This document shows positions 12,715 to 25,010 of a stretch of 64,000 bases of DNA, piece after piece. Under the pieces are notes generated by a model. That model saw only the letters and a list, made by a program, of their open reading frames with translations, had not been told where the DNA came from and searched no databases. Origin of the DNA: Octopus sinensis (Eukaryota); the NCBI RefSeq assembly GCF_006345805.1, contig NC_042998.1, positions 163,866,001-163,930,000 on the forward strand, in the 5' to 3' direction. Positions within the stretch are counted from its first letter, which is position 1. Each line of letters begins with the position of its first letter. The translations under genes and the position numbers were made by a program.

Positions 12715-13070
12715 ACTTGGCTGTGTGACAAGACGCTTGCTTCCCAACCACATAGCTCCAGGTTCAGTCCCACTGTGTGGCACCTTGGGCAAGTGTCTTA
12801 TACTACAGCCTTGGGCCAACCAAAACCTCATGAGTGGATTTGGTAGATGGAAAGAAGCTCACCATAAATATGTGTGTGTGTGTGTGTGTGTGTCTGTGCT
12901 CATCTCTCACCACCACCTGACAACTGTGTCGGTGTGTTTACGTCCCCATAGTTTAGCTGTTAGGCAAAAGAGGTTGAAAAAGTACTGGGGTTGTTCATTC
13001 AACTAAAAATTCTTCAAGACAGTGCCCCAGCATATTCACAGTCAAATGATTGAAACGAGTAAAAGATAAG
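12715..13070 (+). mobile_element. tRNA-derived SINE family B head plus body
   Basis: GGCTGTGTG..AAG..GCTTGCTTCCCAACCAC...GGTTCAGTCCCACTG; other copies near 19250, 37610-37985, 44270-44785, 51430-51620, 56790-57150, 57680-58100. Confidence 0.8.
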
Positions 13071-13364
13071 AGGTAATTAGATTATATCTTATGCACTTTA
13101 TTGTGCTTTGTTATGCGTGTGATCCATCCATTTGTAGAAAATTGTCTTGCATAAAACTGGTCTGTGGTGCAAAAAAATGTCAACGACCACTGCTTTAAAC
13201 TTCAGCACATCAAGCAATTTTACAGGTCAAAGAATTCACTACTAAACTGGTTGTATAAAAATCAAGCTCTGGAAATGAACATTTAAAGAAAGTAATGAGT
13301 ATATGAATACTATTACCTACGAAATTCAAGCTTCTTTTAATAACTTATCTTATTTTAAGAACGC

Positions 13365-13700
13365 ATGGCACTAGCAGACAGAATGGAAAAGGCATTGCCT
13401 CGGATGCTAGTGAGGGAGATGCCCTGGAACAGCCACTCTGATGCATGGAGCTTGCACTTGTGGACAGCAATCTCTGTCCCGACAGTGGTGAGCAGGGATA
13501 TGATCCAGGGACCAAAGAATATTGGAGGCCTCAACTGCCACAGGGAGTTGTCAGGGAGTAACTAATGCCTTGACAGTTTTTTTTTCTCTCAGCCTGATGA
13601 GCAGGAGAGCCTAGGCTGGTAGCTGACAACAAGTTGCCACTGGAGAAGGTGTCTCAGCAAGTGGCATCCCAGATGAGGTGTCTATAGTCACTGAATGGGG
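13365..13700 (-). mobile_element. Decayed CRE/NeSL-like RLE LINE C-terminal fragment
   Basis: Minus strand: LIWDATC*DT, PVAVEASNIL, WLFQGISLTSIRGNAFSIL. Confidence 0.65.
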
Positions 13701-14799
13701 AAATTGTCATACCATCCAGCCTTAACCCTTTAGTGTTCAATTTGCTCTGTCAACTATAATGCATATTTATTCACATCCTTTTGAATTTATCCTGCATCAT
13801 TTAGTCTTGAGATTTTGATGATGTGATTGTTTATGTTAAAAATGACATACTAGGGTAGGTGTGTAATTTATTCAATGCACTGACATACCCTAAAATGTCA
13901 GCTTAGTTTGAGAAATGCAGCTGCAATATGGACTCACAGAGCCTATCATTAAGAGTGTATTTTTGATTAAATGGAAAAGTTTTATGTGGTGAGAGCACAA
14001 ATTCTGTCACATCACTGTGTAAAAGCCATATCATTTCTGTGTGATAGAAAATGCTTGAATAAGGTGGCGAACTGGCAGAAATGTTAGCACGCTGGGTGAA
14101 ATGCTTAACAGTATTTTGTCTGCCGCTACGTTCTGAGTTCAAATTCCGCTGAGGTCAACTTTCCCTTTCATCCTTTCGAGGTCGATAAATTAAGTACCAT
14201 TTACACACTGGGGTCGATATAATCGACTTAATCCCTTTGTCTGTCCTTGTTTGTCCCCTGTATGTTTAGCCCCTTGTGGGAAATAAAGAAATAAGAAAAT
14301 CCTTAAATTACTCATGGAAAAGACATGCATTAGGTGCAAGCGCTTTGAAGGCATCGACAATCTTAAGGCATCTTTGAAGGCATTAACATTGTTCATGATA
14401 GCCTTCACTTTAGGTTCCATCTGCTTCACAACCACAGATTGGCAATGGATCATACACTGAATAACTTCAGTTCTAGAGTTCAGCTCATTTGTCTAAGTCA
14501 TAAACTGCTATAATGTGGATCCTCATCCACTTGTATGTTGTTGTTGGCACTGTGATATTTTTGTCAACATTATTATGTTGTGGCAGTATTCCACGTCTAT
14601 TATTTTCGACTCATCTATTGTGCTATTGCTGATAGCACTGCAGGTCAATGACTTTGTAACATCTACCTTGCCAGGTAACTTGAACTCAATATATTTCATG
14701 TAACTGACACTGACTCCAACTGAGAAACTCATACAACAACTCTACTACTACTGACTGACTTCTATAATGACTGACTGTCATTTCTCTGTAACATCTCTT

Positions 14800-15910
14800 T
14801 TAGTCTATATTTTTCTTTGTGAAGCAAGTCATTTTATTTTACTTCATTTGCTCCTTTTCCTATTTTAGTGTTTTTTTTCCAACTTCATATTTTTTTTCTT
14901 TTTGTTGTTTAATTATAGGAACTTTGTGCTCTTCCTTTTTCTTCCACTTGTACACATGGGTTCAACCATCTGTAATGGTGTTGGTACCTAGAACATGTCA
15001 TACAGCCATTCCATAAGTTCTTCCACTCTGTATAGTTAATTTTCTATGAATCTCTTCTTCAAATGGTTTCTATGTTTTTTTTCAATACCTTTTCTTCTTT
15101 TTACCCCATACATCAATTTTTCTATGTACTTTGTAATTTTGTCTTCTTCCCTTTACTGTTTTCTGTTCTTATATGACCTCATGTCATATAAAATTTTGAT
15201 ATGTCTTTCCTGGCACTTTTTCTTTCCTCGCCAGGTAACAGTTTATCAAAACTGATTTCACCTTCCTGGCAAACATCAGTTCTGCTGGTAAGCTTCCTGC
15301 TGGTGTATCAGGGTTTGGTGTCACCTTGTTATACACTCAGGAATTGCTGCAGGGTGACTTCATCTGTGACTTCCTTGTTTGCTTTCCTTAAAGCTCTTTT
15401 AAAAATGTTCACAAAACACTCTGCCTGTCCATTTGATCTGGAATGGTAAGGCACTATTGTTTTATGTTCTACCATGAACATTTCGCAGAATTTTCTAAAT
15501 TGTGTTCTATTATCAGATACAGTCACATCTGGGATGCCGAATCTTGCAAATAATTCATGCAAGAAATCTATCACAATTGAGGCAGTTGGTTTTTTGCACT
15601 TAACAATTTCTGGCCATTTTGTAAAACTGTCAACTACAACTAAGTAGTAATAACCATTTAATAGACCCGCAAAATCAATGTACAGTCTTGCCCATGGACA
15701 TTTTACTTCTGGCCAAGTTTCCCATTTTTGAGTAAGCAATTTCGCTGCCAGTGTACATCCCTGCAGCCTTTTACTATGTTTTCAACTTCTTTGTCCATCT
15801 TTGACCAGTACACATAACTGTGCACAAGCATTTCCATCCTTGTGATCCCTGGTGTCCAATATGGAATTCTTTCACTACCCTTTGGCCATAAATCAGTATG
15901 CTGTTGCATG
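14800..15910 (-). mobile_element. Gypsy integrase remnant
   Basis: H2C2 region PGITRM...YVYWSKMD; core PWARLYIDFAG...VVVDSFTKWPE...FARFGIPD..VSDN...SNGQAE; PAELMFAR. Confidence 0.85.
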
Positions 15911-18100
15911 TTGAATATATGTTTACATAGTCCTTACCAAGGATATTTTACTACTTGTGGTGCCACTAGATAGTTATACTTCAACCAGAGTATTTACAGC
16001 TTGATTTACCCAGGGATTTGAACTCATGTTCACTAGCTAAACTATTACTACACTTAGCACTTAATACTTTTATATTCACTATTCCATTGATTCTTAGGAT
16101 AATGAAGCAGAGGAAGCCAGGAGCATTAAACCTACCTTTTCTCTTATATTTGTAGGTTTGGTGTTCTTTCTCTTGTAACTAATGGATCGTATATGCTGTT
16201 CATTTCTATACTGGCCTACTTAGAAGGTTATCAAAGGTCAACATATGTGCTGATTATTTTTATCATTTTATCACCAAGTGTCATGTCCTATTTGTTATCA
16301 CAACTTTTTATTCATAGTGATGGCTTCTCTTGTCTCTTCACAAATAATTTTATATCTTTACAATGCTCCTCTGAAAATAAATTGCTTATGCTTCTACAAT
16401 ACACAAAGCATTTTAACTTTTTTTTCATAATTCTTAATAACATTTGATTATAGAGACACAGTAAGATTTTTTAACACAGTGAATGGCTATGGAGGTCCAG
16501 TAGAGTAAAGTAGGAATCAAAAGGATCCATAGACAAAAAGTGGTTGAGAACCACTGATATAGTGTAAGTTAGATAAGTTGTGGTAGATTTTTGATTGACA
16601 ACATTCTTAACCATTGCATCTCTGCTCTTGGCAGGTGATGTTATGCTTGCAAGGTAGTTGTCTCTCTGAAAGGTCTTTCCACTCCTGATCATCTCTCATT
16701 GGCATGTGCCTGAGTTTTGCTTGATGTTACAGGCTACGATCAATGCCTTTGTTTATGCTCCATGAATGGTGGGGATCAAAGTTCAAGTTTTATTTGTTAA
16801 AGGCCAACTTGTGATATGTGGAAGTTATTAGCATATCCAGAAAAGCCAGTTTATTAACTTTTTCCTCTCTTTTTGTAAACTGTATCACAGGTCTTATTGA
16901 ATTTACATGGTCTAGCAGTATTTTCACTTCTTAATAGTGAAGCCAAAGTACGAAGCTGTTTTCTCTATACTCTCAGCTACATGACTAGTTTAACCTTTCT
17001 GATACCGATCTGTTTGAGACCACCTTTGGCTTAAAGTGATCAAAATTAAAACTGTTCATAAAAATTTTTTGTTAATTTATGTTTCAGACATAGTCTTAAT
17101 AATAACAAAGCTATTCTATTGAATTCGTCATTATTTTCAAAATTTCTAGAAACGAAAGTAACATATTTTAATAGAAATGTGGTAATAAAAATGTTATGTG
17201 GTTTTCTTCCTAAAGCTATTTCATCAAAGTACGCTTTATATATATATATTTCCTCAATGGACATAATGACAAGCTCATAACTAAAGCCCCCCCTCTACCA
17301 GACCCCAATTGCTTTTGAACAAAATGAGGAATCCTCTGTATAGTTGTTGGATCTGCTAAAATTCAACATGACAGTTCTTCAAATAACACCCTTAAAACAG
17401 GAAGGAGGCATTGAATCATGTAATACCAGATATATATTGGTTTTCAATTTTGGCATAAGGCCAGCAATTTTAAGGGATAGGTAAGTCAATTATATCGACC
17501 CCAGTGTTCAACTGGTATTTATTTCATCAGCCTTGAAAGGATGAAAGGCAAAGTCATCCTTAGTAGAATTTGAACTCAGAATGTAAAGATGGATGAAATG
17601 CCGCTAAAGTATTTTGTCTGGCATGCTAACAATTTTGCCTGCTCACTAGATATATATTAGTCCTAGATATATATTAAAAAGATGGGGTGGTCAAGGTTGA
17701 AATACTTTTGATAATGGGTCTGCTACATCAGAGCTAATTTGGGCTAAAAAGCTACAGCAACAGAATTTTGCTTGATTGTTTAAACTGCCGGAAATAACAA
17801 CCAAATATTATCCATTTCAGATATTACACTCCACCATCTTAAGAAAGGTAGGGGTACTTCAAATGCTTGGTCCTGGTGCAAAAGAAATGTTGCCGTTTAA
17901 CCTTGAGTCATCTTTGACTGAGCACACCAGCATTGTGATCTTACTGATCCTATCTTTTTACATATCAAGAACCATATATGCTAAAATATTCTAAACTGGA
18001 GTGCTATTATTTGGCTTTTGTTTCTAGCTGGTTGTGCAACTGCATAGCAGCTGACTCACTGGCTCAAAAGCTAAAAATGATTTATTTGATTAAGTTCTTC

Positions 18101-18705
18101 ACTGGTATGCTTTGTTATTTATTATTAATGTATGTATTGGTGGTAATCTGGTAGAATGTTAGCATGCTGGGCAAATACTTAATGGCTTTGCCATTCATCC
18201 TTTTGGGGTTGATAAATAGCACCAGTGAAACACTGGGGTCGATGTGATCAACTGTCCACCTCCCATAAATTTCAATCCTTGTGCCTATGGTAAAAAGGAT
18301 TATTTCTTATTTCTTTATTGCCCACAAGGGGCTAAACATAGAGGGGACAAACAAGGACAGACAAAGGGATTAAGTCGATTACATCGACCCCAGTGCGTAA
18401 CTGGTATGCTTTGTTATCTATTATTAATGTATGTATTGGTGGTAATCTGGCAGAATGTTAGCATGCTGGGCAAATACTTAATGGCTTTGCCATTTATCCT
18501 TTTGGTGTTGATAAATAGCACCAGTGAAACACTGGGGTCGATGTGATCGACTGTCCACCTCCCATAAATTTCAATCCTTGTGCCTATGGTAGAAAGGATT
18601 ATTTCTTATTTCTTTATTGCCCACAAGGGGCTAAACATAGAGGGGACAAACAAGGACAGACAAAGGGATTAAGTCGATTACATCGACCCCAGTGCGTAAC
18701 TGGTA
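18101..18705. repeat. 299-bp near-perfect tandem duplication
   Basis: Units start at 18101 and 18400; ACTGGTA occurs at 18101, 18400 and 18699. Confidence 0.9.
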
Positions 18706-18835
18706 CTTAATTTATCGACCCCGAAAGGATGAAAAGCAAAGTCGACCTCAGCGGAATTTGAACTCAGAACGTAATGGCAGATGAAATACCGCTAAGCATT
18801 TCGCTGGTGTGCTAACGATTCTGCCAGCTTGGTGC
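18300..18835 (+). mobile_element. Abundant SINE family A (core GACCCCGAAAGGATGAAAGGCAAAGTCGACCTCGGCGGAATTTGAACTCAGAACGTA)
   Basis: Representative copy; others near 9090-9340, 14060-14295, 17440-17650, 18860-19070, 19740-19945, 31504-31733, 35830-36045, 45440-45860, 46525-46720, 62280-62790, 63370-63515. Confidence 0.85.
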
Positions 18836-20100
18836 CTTCAAAAGGATTATTTATGTATTTATTAAGGTGGTGAGCCGGCAGAATTGTTGACATATTGGGC
18901 AAAATGATTAGTGGCATTTCGTCTGTCTTTGTTCTGAGTTCAAATTCTGCCAAGGTCTACTCTGCCTTTCATACTTTTGGGGTCAATAAAATAAGTGCCC
19001 AGCTGAACACTGAGGTTGATGCAATCCATTTACGAGCTCCTCTGAAATTGCTGGCCTTGTGCTAAAATTGGAAATCATTATTTATGTATTTATTTTGTTT
19101 AGTAATTTTTTTTCTTAATTTTCTTTTCTCATTAGCTACATCTCCATGGAGTTACTTCAGTTTTTCTGGTGAAAATTTGATAAAATTGAAATTTTAGGTA
19201 AGTCCATTGATTTCTTTCTTATAATTGATATAAGTGCAGCTGACAGGGGTATTTGGTTAAGAAACTTGCTTCCCAACCATGTGGTTTGGGGTTCAATCCC
19301 ATTGCAAGGCACCTTGGACTATAGCCCTGGGCCAACCAATGTCTTGTGAGTGAATTTGGCAGAAAAAAACTGAAAGCCTGTTGTATACATATGTGAAGGT
19401 GCATGGCTCAGTGGTTAGAGCATCAGGCTCACAATCGTGAGGTAGTGAGTTCAATTTCTGGATCAAGTTATGTGTTGTGTCTTTGAGCAAGACACTTTAT
19501 TTCACGTTGTTCCAGTTCACTCAGCTGTAACAATGAGTTGCGACGTCACAGGTGCCAAGCTGTATCGGCCTTTGCCTTTCCCTTGGATAACACTGGTGGA
19601 GTGGAGAGGGGAGGCTGGTATGCATGGTTGACTGCTGGTCTTCCATAAACAACCTTGCTCGGACTTGTGCCTCAGAGGGAAACTTCCTAGGTGCAATCCC
19701 ATGGTCATACACACACACACAAATATAATAATAATAATAATTGTTTCTACTAAAGGCACAAGGCCTGAAATTTGGTGGGAGGGGATTTGTCAATTACATT
19801 GCCCCCAGTGTTTCACTGGTAATAAATTTATTGACCCTGAAATGATGAAAGGCAAAGTCGACCTCGGCGGAATTTGAACTCAGAATGTAGTGACGGGTGA
19901 AATAATACTAAGCATTTCATCCAGCATGCTAACGATTCTGCCAGCTCACTTAAAGATGATGTGAGGTGCAGAAACACACGTTGAGATCCACAATTAAAGT
20001 TTGTTAACTTTAATCATCATACAGTTCGATATTTAAGAGATGAGGAATTATGTACATTATTTACATTTGATAGATATTTGTCCTCATCTTGTTTGTTGTT

Positions 20101-20146
20101 AACACAATGTTTCGGCTGATATATCCTCCAGCCTTCATCAGGTGTC
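20101..20146 (-). ncRNA. Minimal type I hammerhead motif (left arm)
   Basis: GACAC-CTGATGA-A-GGCTG-loop-CAGCC-GAAAC-ATT-GTGTT; likely CpG decay of CGTT to CATT. Confidence 0.7.
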
Positions 20147-20193
20147 TTGGGGAAATTTCAAACCTGGGATCTCATTCCTAAGGTATTTTTCGA

Positions 20194-20246
<53 letters not shown>

Positions 20247-20470
20247 TATTATTATTATTATCAATATTATTATTCAGGTCACTGCCTGGAATCAAACTTG
20301 AAATTTTGGGGTTAGTAGCCCATGCTCTTAACCTCTACGCCATATGCCCATGGCATAGTGGTTAAGAGCGCAGGCTACTAGCCCAAGATTCTGAGTTTTA
20401 TTCCAGCAGTAAATAATAAAAACATTGAAAATACCTTAGGAATGAGAACCCAGGTTCAAAATTTCCCCAA

Positions 20471-20513
20471 GACACCTGATAAAGGCTGGAAGGTATATCA
20501 GCTGAAACGTGTT
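20471..20513 (+). ncRNA. Minimal type I hammerhead motif (right arm, degenerate)
   Basis: GACAC-CTGATAA (G8>A)-A-GGCTG-loop-CAGCT-GAAAC-GTGTT (short deletion). Confidence 0.55.
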
Positions 20514-22003
20514 AACAACAAACAAGATGAGGACAAATATCCGTCAAATGTAAATAATGTAAATAATGTACATAATTCCTCATCTCTTAAATATAGAACT
20601 GATTGAAGTTAAAAAACTTTAATTGTGGATCACAACGTGTGTTTCTGCACCCTACATCATCTTTAAGTTGCCAGCTTCATATTATGTAAGATTACTCTTA
20701 ATTATTATTATCTATTTGAATATTGTCCAGCAACAGCAGCCGTTGCTTCATTGGGTGAAGTACGATTAAGAACTGTTAGATTTTTCTGAATACTTGTCAA
20801 AAGATGTTCTATACTTTCCATCAATCAAATAGTTTTATTCTGGTGGTGGGCGGTACTTGTGAATAGCAAACCAAAAAAACTTGTCACAATAATGGCAACA
20901 ACAACAACAACAATAATACCAACAATAACAGGGACAACATGACCTTTATGTTATCTGCTGTGGTGAGTGAAAACAGCAAAAAAAAACAAAACAACAACCT
21001 TATTTAAACAATAGTATTGGTCAAATGAAAAGAAAGATAAAAGCAAAAATAAAATCTTTCATTAAAACCTCATCGGATGGTTTTTTACATGTCTAAGATG
21101 AAGTAGGTTAACAGGTCAAAAATAAATGAAATTTTCAAATAATCTCTTGAGACTCATGTTACATTTTATGTCTCCAATGTCTTCATTTCATTCTCATCAT
21201 CATCATGCTACACTTGCTGTGGCCTTGTTTTGACACCCCTTGTCTATCTTTTCATATGACACTTTAATTTACTATTTTTGCTTTCCAAATGTTAAAAATT
21301 TTACTTGTTACTCAAATTCCTCCGAGAGTTTAGCTGCACTTTCTAGCAAAACCTTAAACTTTTTCTACATTGTTTCCCTTCTGTGATTTGATTCTTTGTA
21401 TACATATTTATAATCTCTAGTAATTCCAATCAGCATTTATGAATTAACTACAGCTTTTTTTAAAAAATCTTATTGCCATAAGGAATTCAATGCTGCTTTT
21501 GTTTAACTTGCACTGTGCAATGTTATTTCGTTAATCCAAATCAACCTTTTATAGGATACCAAGTGACATATTACGTGTCTGTCTTCTAATAATTTCAGAC
21601 ATTGACAAAAATCTATACTTCACCTTATGAAGCACCCACAAGCAGCTGTTGTTGAACAATATGCAAATATATAATAATTATTAAGAATAATCTTACATAA
21701 CGCTATATGGATATGAAGCTGGCAACTTCTTGGCTGATGTGGGGTGCAGAAACATCTGTTGTTATCCACTATTAAAGCCTGTTAGCTTCCATCCTCATGT
21801 TATATTATAATTGTTATAATATTAATCCTATGTTGAAAGGAGTTCTTCATGTATGGCCATACCTGGAAATACCCTCAAGTATAATAACATGAAAGCCAAA
21901 CATCAGCATTGGAGCTCTTAAATGTGTGTTATGAGGTCTTTACCCAAAATATACTACACACACACACAAACACAAACACAAACACACACATACATGTACA
22001 CAT

Positions 22004-25000
22004 CATCATCATCATCATCATCATCGTTTAGCGTCCGTTTTCCATGCTAGCATGGGTTGGACGGTTCTACTGGGGTCTGTGAAGCCAGAAGGCTTCATCA
22101 GGCCCAGTCAAATCTGGCAGTGTTTCTACAGCTGGATGCCCTTCCTAACGCCAACCACTCCGTGAGTGTAGTGGGTGCTTTTTACGTGCCACCCACACTG
22201 GTGCCAGACAGAGCTGGCAAACGGCCACGAACGGATGGTGCTTTTTATGTGCCACCGGCACGAGGGCCAGGCGAGGCTGGCAACGGACACGAAACGGGGC
22301 GGTGCTGGCAACGGTCGCGAAACGGAAAGTTCTCTTACATGCCACCGGCACTGGTAACACATCTGCAATTTCCATTGATCGATTTCCATTGATCGATTTC
22401 GATTCTGATCGTCACTTGCCTCAACGGGTCTTCACAAGCAGAGTTTCGACATGCCACCGGCACTGGTAGCACATCCGCAATTTCCATTGATCGATTTCGA
22501 TTCTGATCCTCACTTGCCTCATCACGTCTTCACAAGTAGAGTTTTATGTCCCAAGAAGGGAAGGTATGCATACGTAGGCTGGCTCCATCCCATGTAGAAG
22601 GCCACGGGTTATGGACTCACTTGTCCTGCCGGGTCTTCTCGCGCACAGCACACTTCCAGAGGTCTCGGTCTCTAGTCATTTCCTCAGTGAGACCTAAAGT
22701 TCGAAGGTCGTGCTTCACCACCTCGTCCCAGGTTTTCCTGGGTCTGCCTCTTCCACAGGTTCCCTCAACCGCTAGGGTGTGGCACTTTTTCACACAACTA
22801 TCTTCATCCATTCTGCCACATGACCATACCAGCGCAAACGTCTCTCTTGCACACCACAACTGATGCTTCTTAGGTCCAGCTTTTCTCTCAAGGTACTTAC
22901 ACTCTGCCGAGTGTGAGTACCGGCATTACACATCCATCGGAGCATACTGGCTTCATTTCTAGCGAGCTTACGCATATCCTCAGCAGTCATGGCCCATGTT
23001 TCACTGCCATGTAGCATGGCTGTTCGTACACACGCATCATACAGTCTGCCTTTCACTCTGTGCGAGAGGCCTTTTGTCACCAGCAGAGGTAAGAGCTCTC
23101 TGAACTTTGCCCAAGCTATTCTTACTCTAGCAGTTACACTTTCAGCACACCCGCCCCCGCTGCTGACTTGGTCACCTAGGTAACGGAAACTATCAACTAT
23201 TTCTAGTTTTTCTCCCTGGAAAGTGACGGAAGTTGGTCTCAGAGCATTTTCAGTGTTTATTGTTCCTGAGCATCTGCCACATACAAAAACCATCTTCCTA
23301 GTTAGCCTTCCTTTGACATTGCTGCATCTCTTATGTGTCCATAGCTTACACTTGGTGCATCTTATAGAGTTTCTACCTACACCTTTTCTACAGATCGAGC
23401 AGGGCCATCTACCTGAAGGTGTTTGTGATTTGTCTACCTTCCTACTGATTACGACTTTGGTTTTAGCTAGATTGACTCTGAGGCCCTTCGATTCTAATCC
23501 TTGTTTCCACACCTGAAACTTCTCCTCCAGTTCTGATAGCGACTCAGCAATTAGACCAAGGTCATCAGCATAGAGGAGCTCCCAAGGGCATCCTGTCTTG
23601 AATTCCTCCGTTATTGCCTGGAGGACTATGATAAATAGGAGGGGGCTGAGTACTGAGCCTTGGTGGACTCCTACCTCTACCCGGAATTCTTCACTGTACA
23701 CATTTCCAACCCTCACCCTACTAGCGGCGTCCCTGTACATGGCCCGCACAGCTCTCACTAACCATTCATCTATCCCTAGTTTCCTCATTGCCCACCAGAT
23801 AAGGGATCGGGGGACCCTGTCGAAGGCTTTCTCCATGTCAACAAAAGCCAGGTACAGGGGCTTATCTTTGGCTAGGTATTTCTCCTGCAGCTGCCTTACC
23901 AGGAATATAGCATCAGTAGTACTTTTCCCTGGCACAAACCCAAACTGCATCTCATCTAAACTAACTCTCTCTCTAATTAGTTGGGCTATGACCCTCTCCG
24001 TAACCTTCATCACCTGGTCCAACAGCTTGATACCTCTGTAGTTATTTGTATCTAGGGCATCACCTTTACCTTTGTAGCAGTTGACTATTATACTGCTACA
24101 CCAGTCATTGGGTATGACCCCTTTGTGTATCACCTGATTAACTATACGGGTGACTAGGCTATAGCCGACACTACCAGACATTTTGAGCATCTCTGCAGTG
24201 ATTCCTGATGGGCCTGGGGCTTTCCCTGTCTTCATGCTTCTAATTGCCTTAGCTACCACGGAACTATCAACTCGGATAGCTGGTCCCTCTGTTGGGTCAA
24301 CATTCGGCAGACTCTCTTTATCCCATTCATTTTCTTCATTCAGCAACCTTTCATAGTGGCATCTCCAAACCTCTCTCTTTGCATCCTCATTTAGCGCAAG
24401 TGAACCATCTTCCATGCGAACACACTTCTCTCCTACCACATCACGATTCCCTCTCACACACTGTCTTGCAACACGAAACACCTCCAGTCTTTGGTCCTCA
24501 CGGCGCAGAACATTGGCAAATTTTTTCTTATCTGCTTCCCCTCTGGCTAATAAACCTGTCTCCTAGCTTCTCTTTTGGCAGTCTGATACAATCCCCTGCT
24601 ACCCCCATTTTTCCAGACCTTCCAAGCCTGTCTCTTTTCTCTAATAGCCCTGTCTACAATATTGTTCCACCACCACGTTATTCTAGGTCGAGAGGGGACT
24701 TTGCACCAGCCACAGATCTGGTCAGTGGCTCTCAGCAGGTTGTCCCTTAGAAACGTCCAGCTGTCTTCTACCCCCTGTGATGCTCTATCCCCTTCTACTT
24801 CGTCAGAGGCTTCAAGTAATATGTCCCTAAATCTCTGTCCATTTGCAGGATCTTTAAGCTTCCAGATCCTTCTTCTCCATATTTGTCGTCTTCTGGTTGT
24901 CCTCCTAGTCCTGATCCTAAAGTCACTAACTACCAGTCTATGTTGTGGGGTACATTCTTCACCTGGGAAGGTTTTGGCATTTATAAGCATCCATCTCTCC

Positions 25001-25010
25001 CTTTGCCTTG
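22004..25010 (-). mobile_element. RTE-clade LINE, 5'-truncated, relatively young
   Basis: APE C-terminus (PQHRLVV), RT ORF 22790-24481 (KAPGPSG, QFGF, LYADD, Cys-rich insert), C-terminal GRPRKTW, 3' UTR and (CAT)n tail; only two apparent 1-bp frameshifts (~24550, ~22810). Confidence 0.95.

Larger units (their letters stand above)
19948..20668. mobile_element. Palindromic element: two head-to-head tRNA-derived heads, each followed by a minimal hammerhead
   Basis: Left arm is the reverse complement of the right arm, centre ~20349/20350; A-box-like TGGCATAGTGG and degenerate B-box; hammerheads at 20101-20146 (-) and 20471-20513 (+); TGCCAGCT on both flanks (19939-19946, 20669-20676). Confidence 0.8.

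Noticed and set aside
18101-18705. CRISPR-like or other repeat-spacer arrays
   Set aside because: Repeats here and elsewhere are tandem duplications or dispersed SINEs with no unique spacers; eukaryotic context
20275-20415. tRNA genes
   Set aside because: A/B-box-like heads lack a complete cloverleaf and belong to repeats; the same applies to the SINE heads
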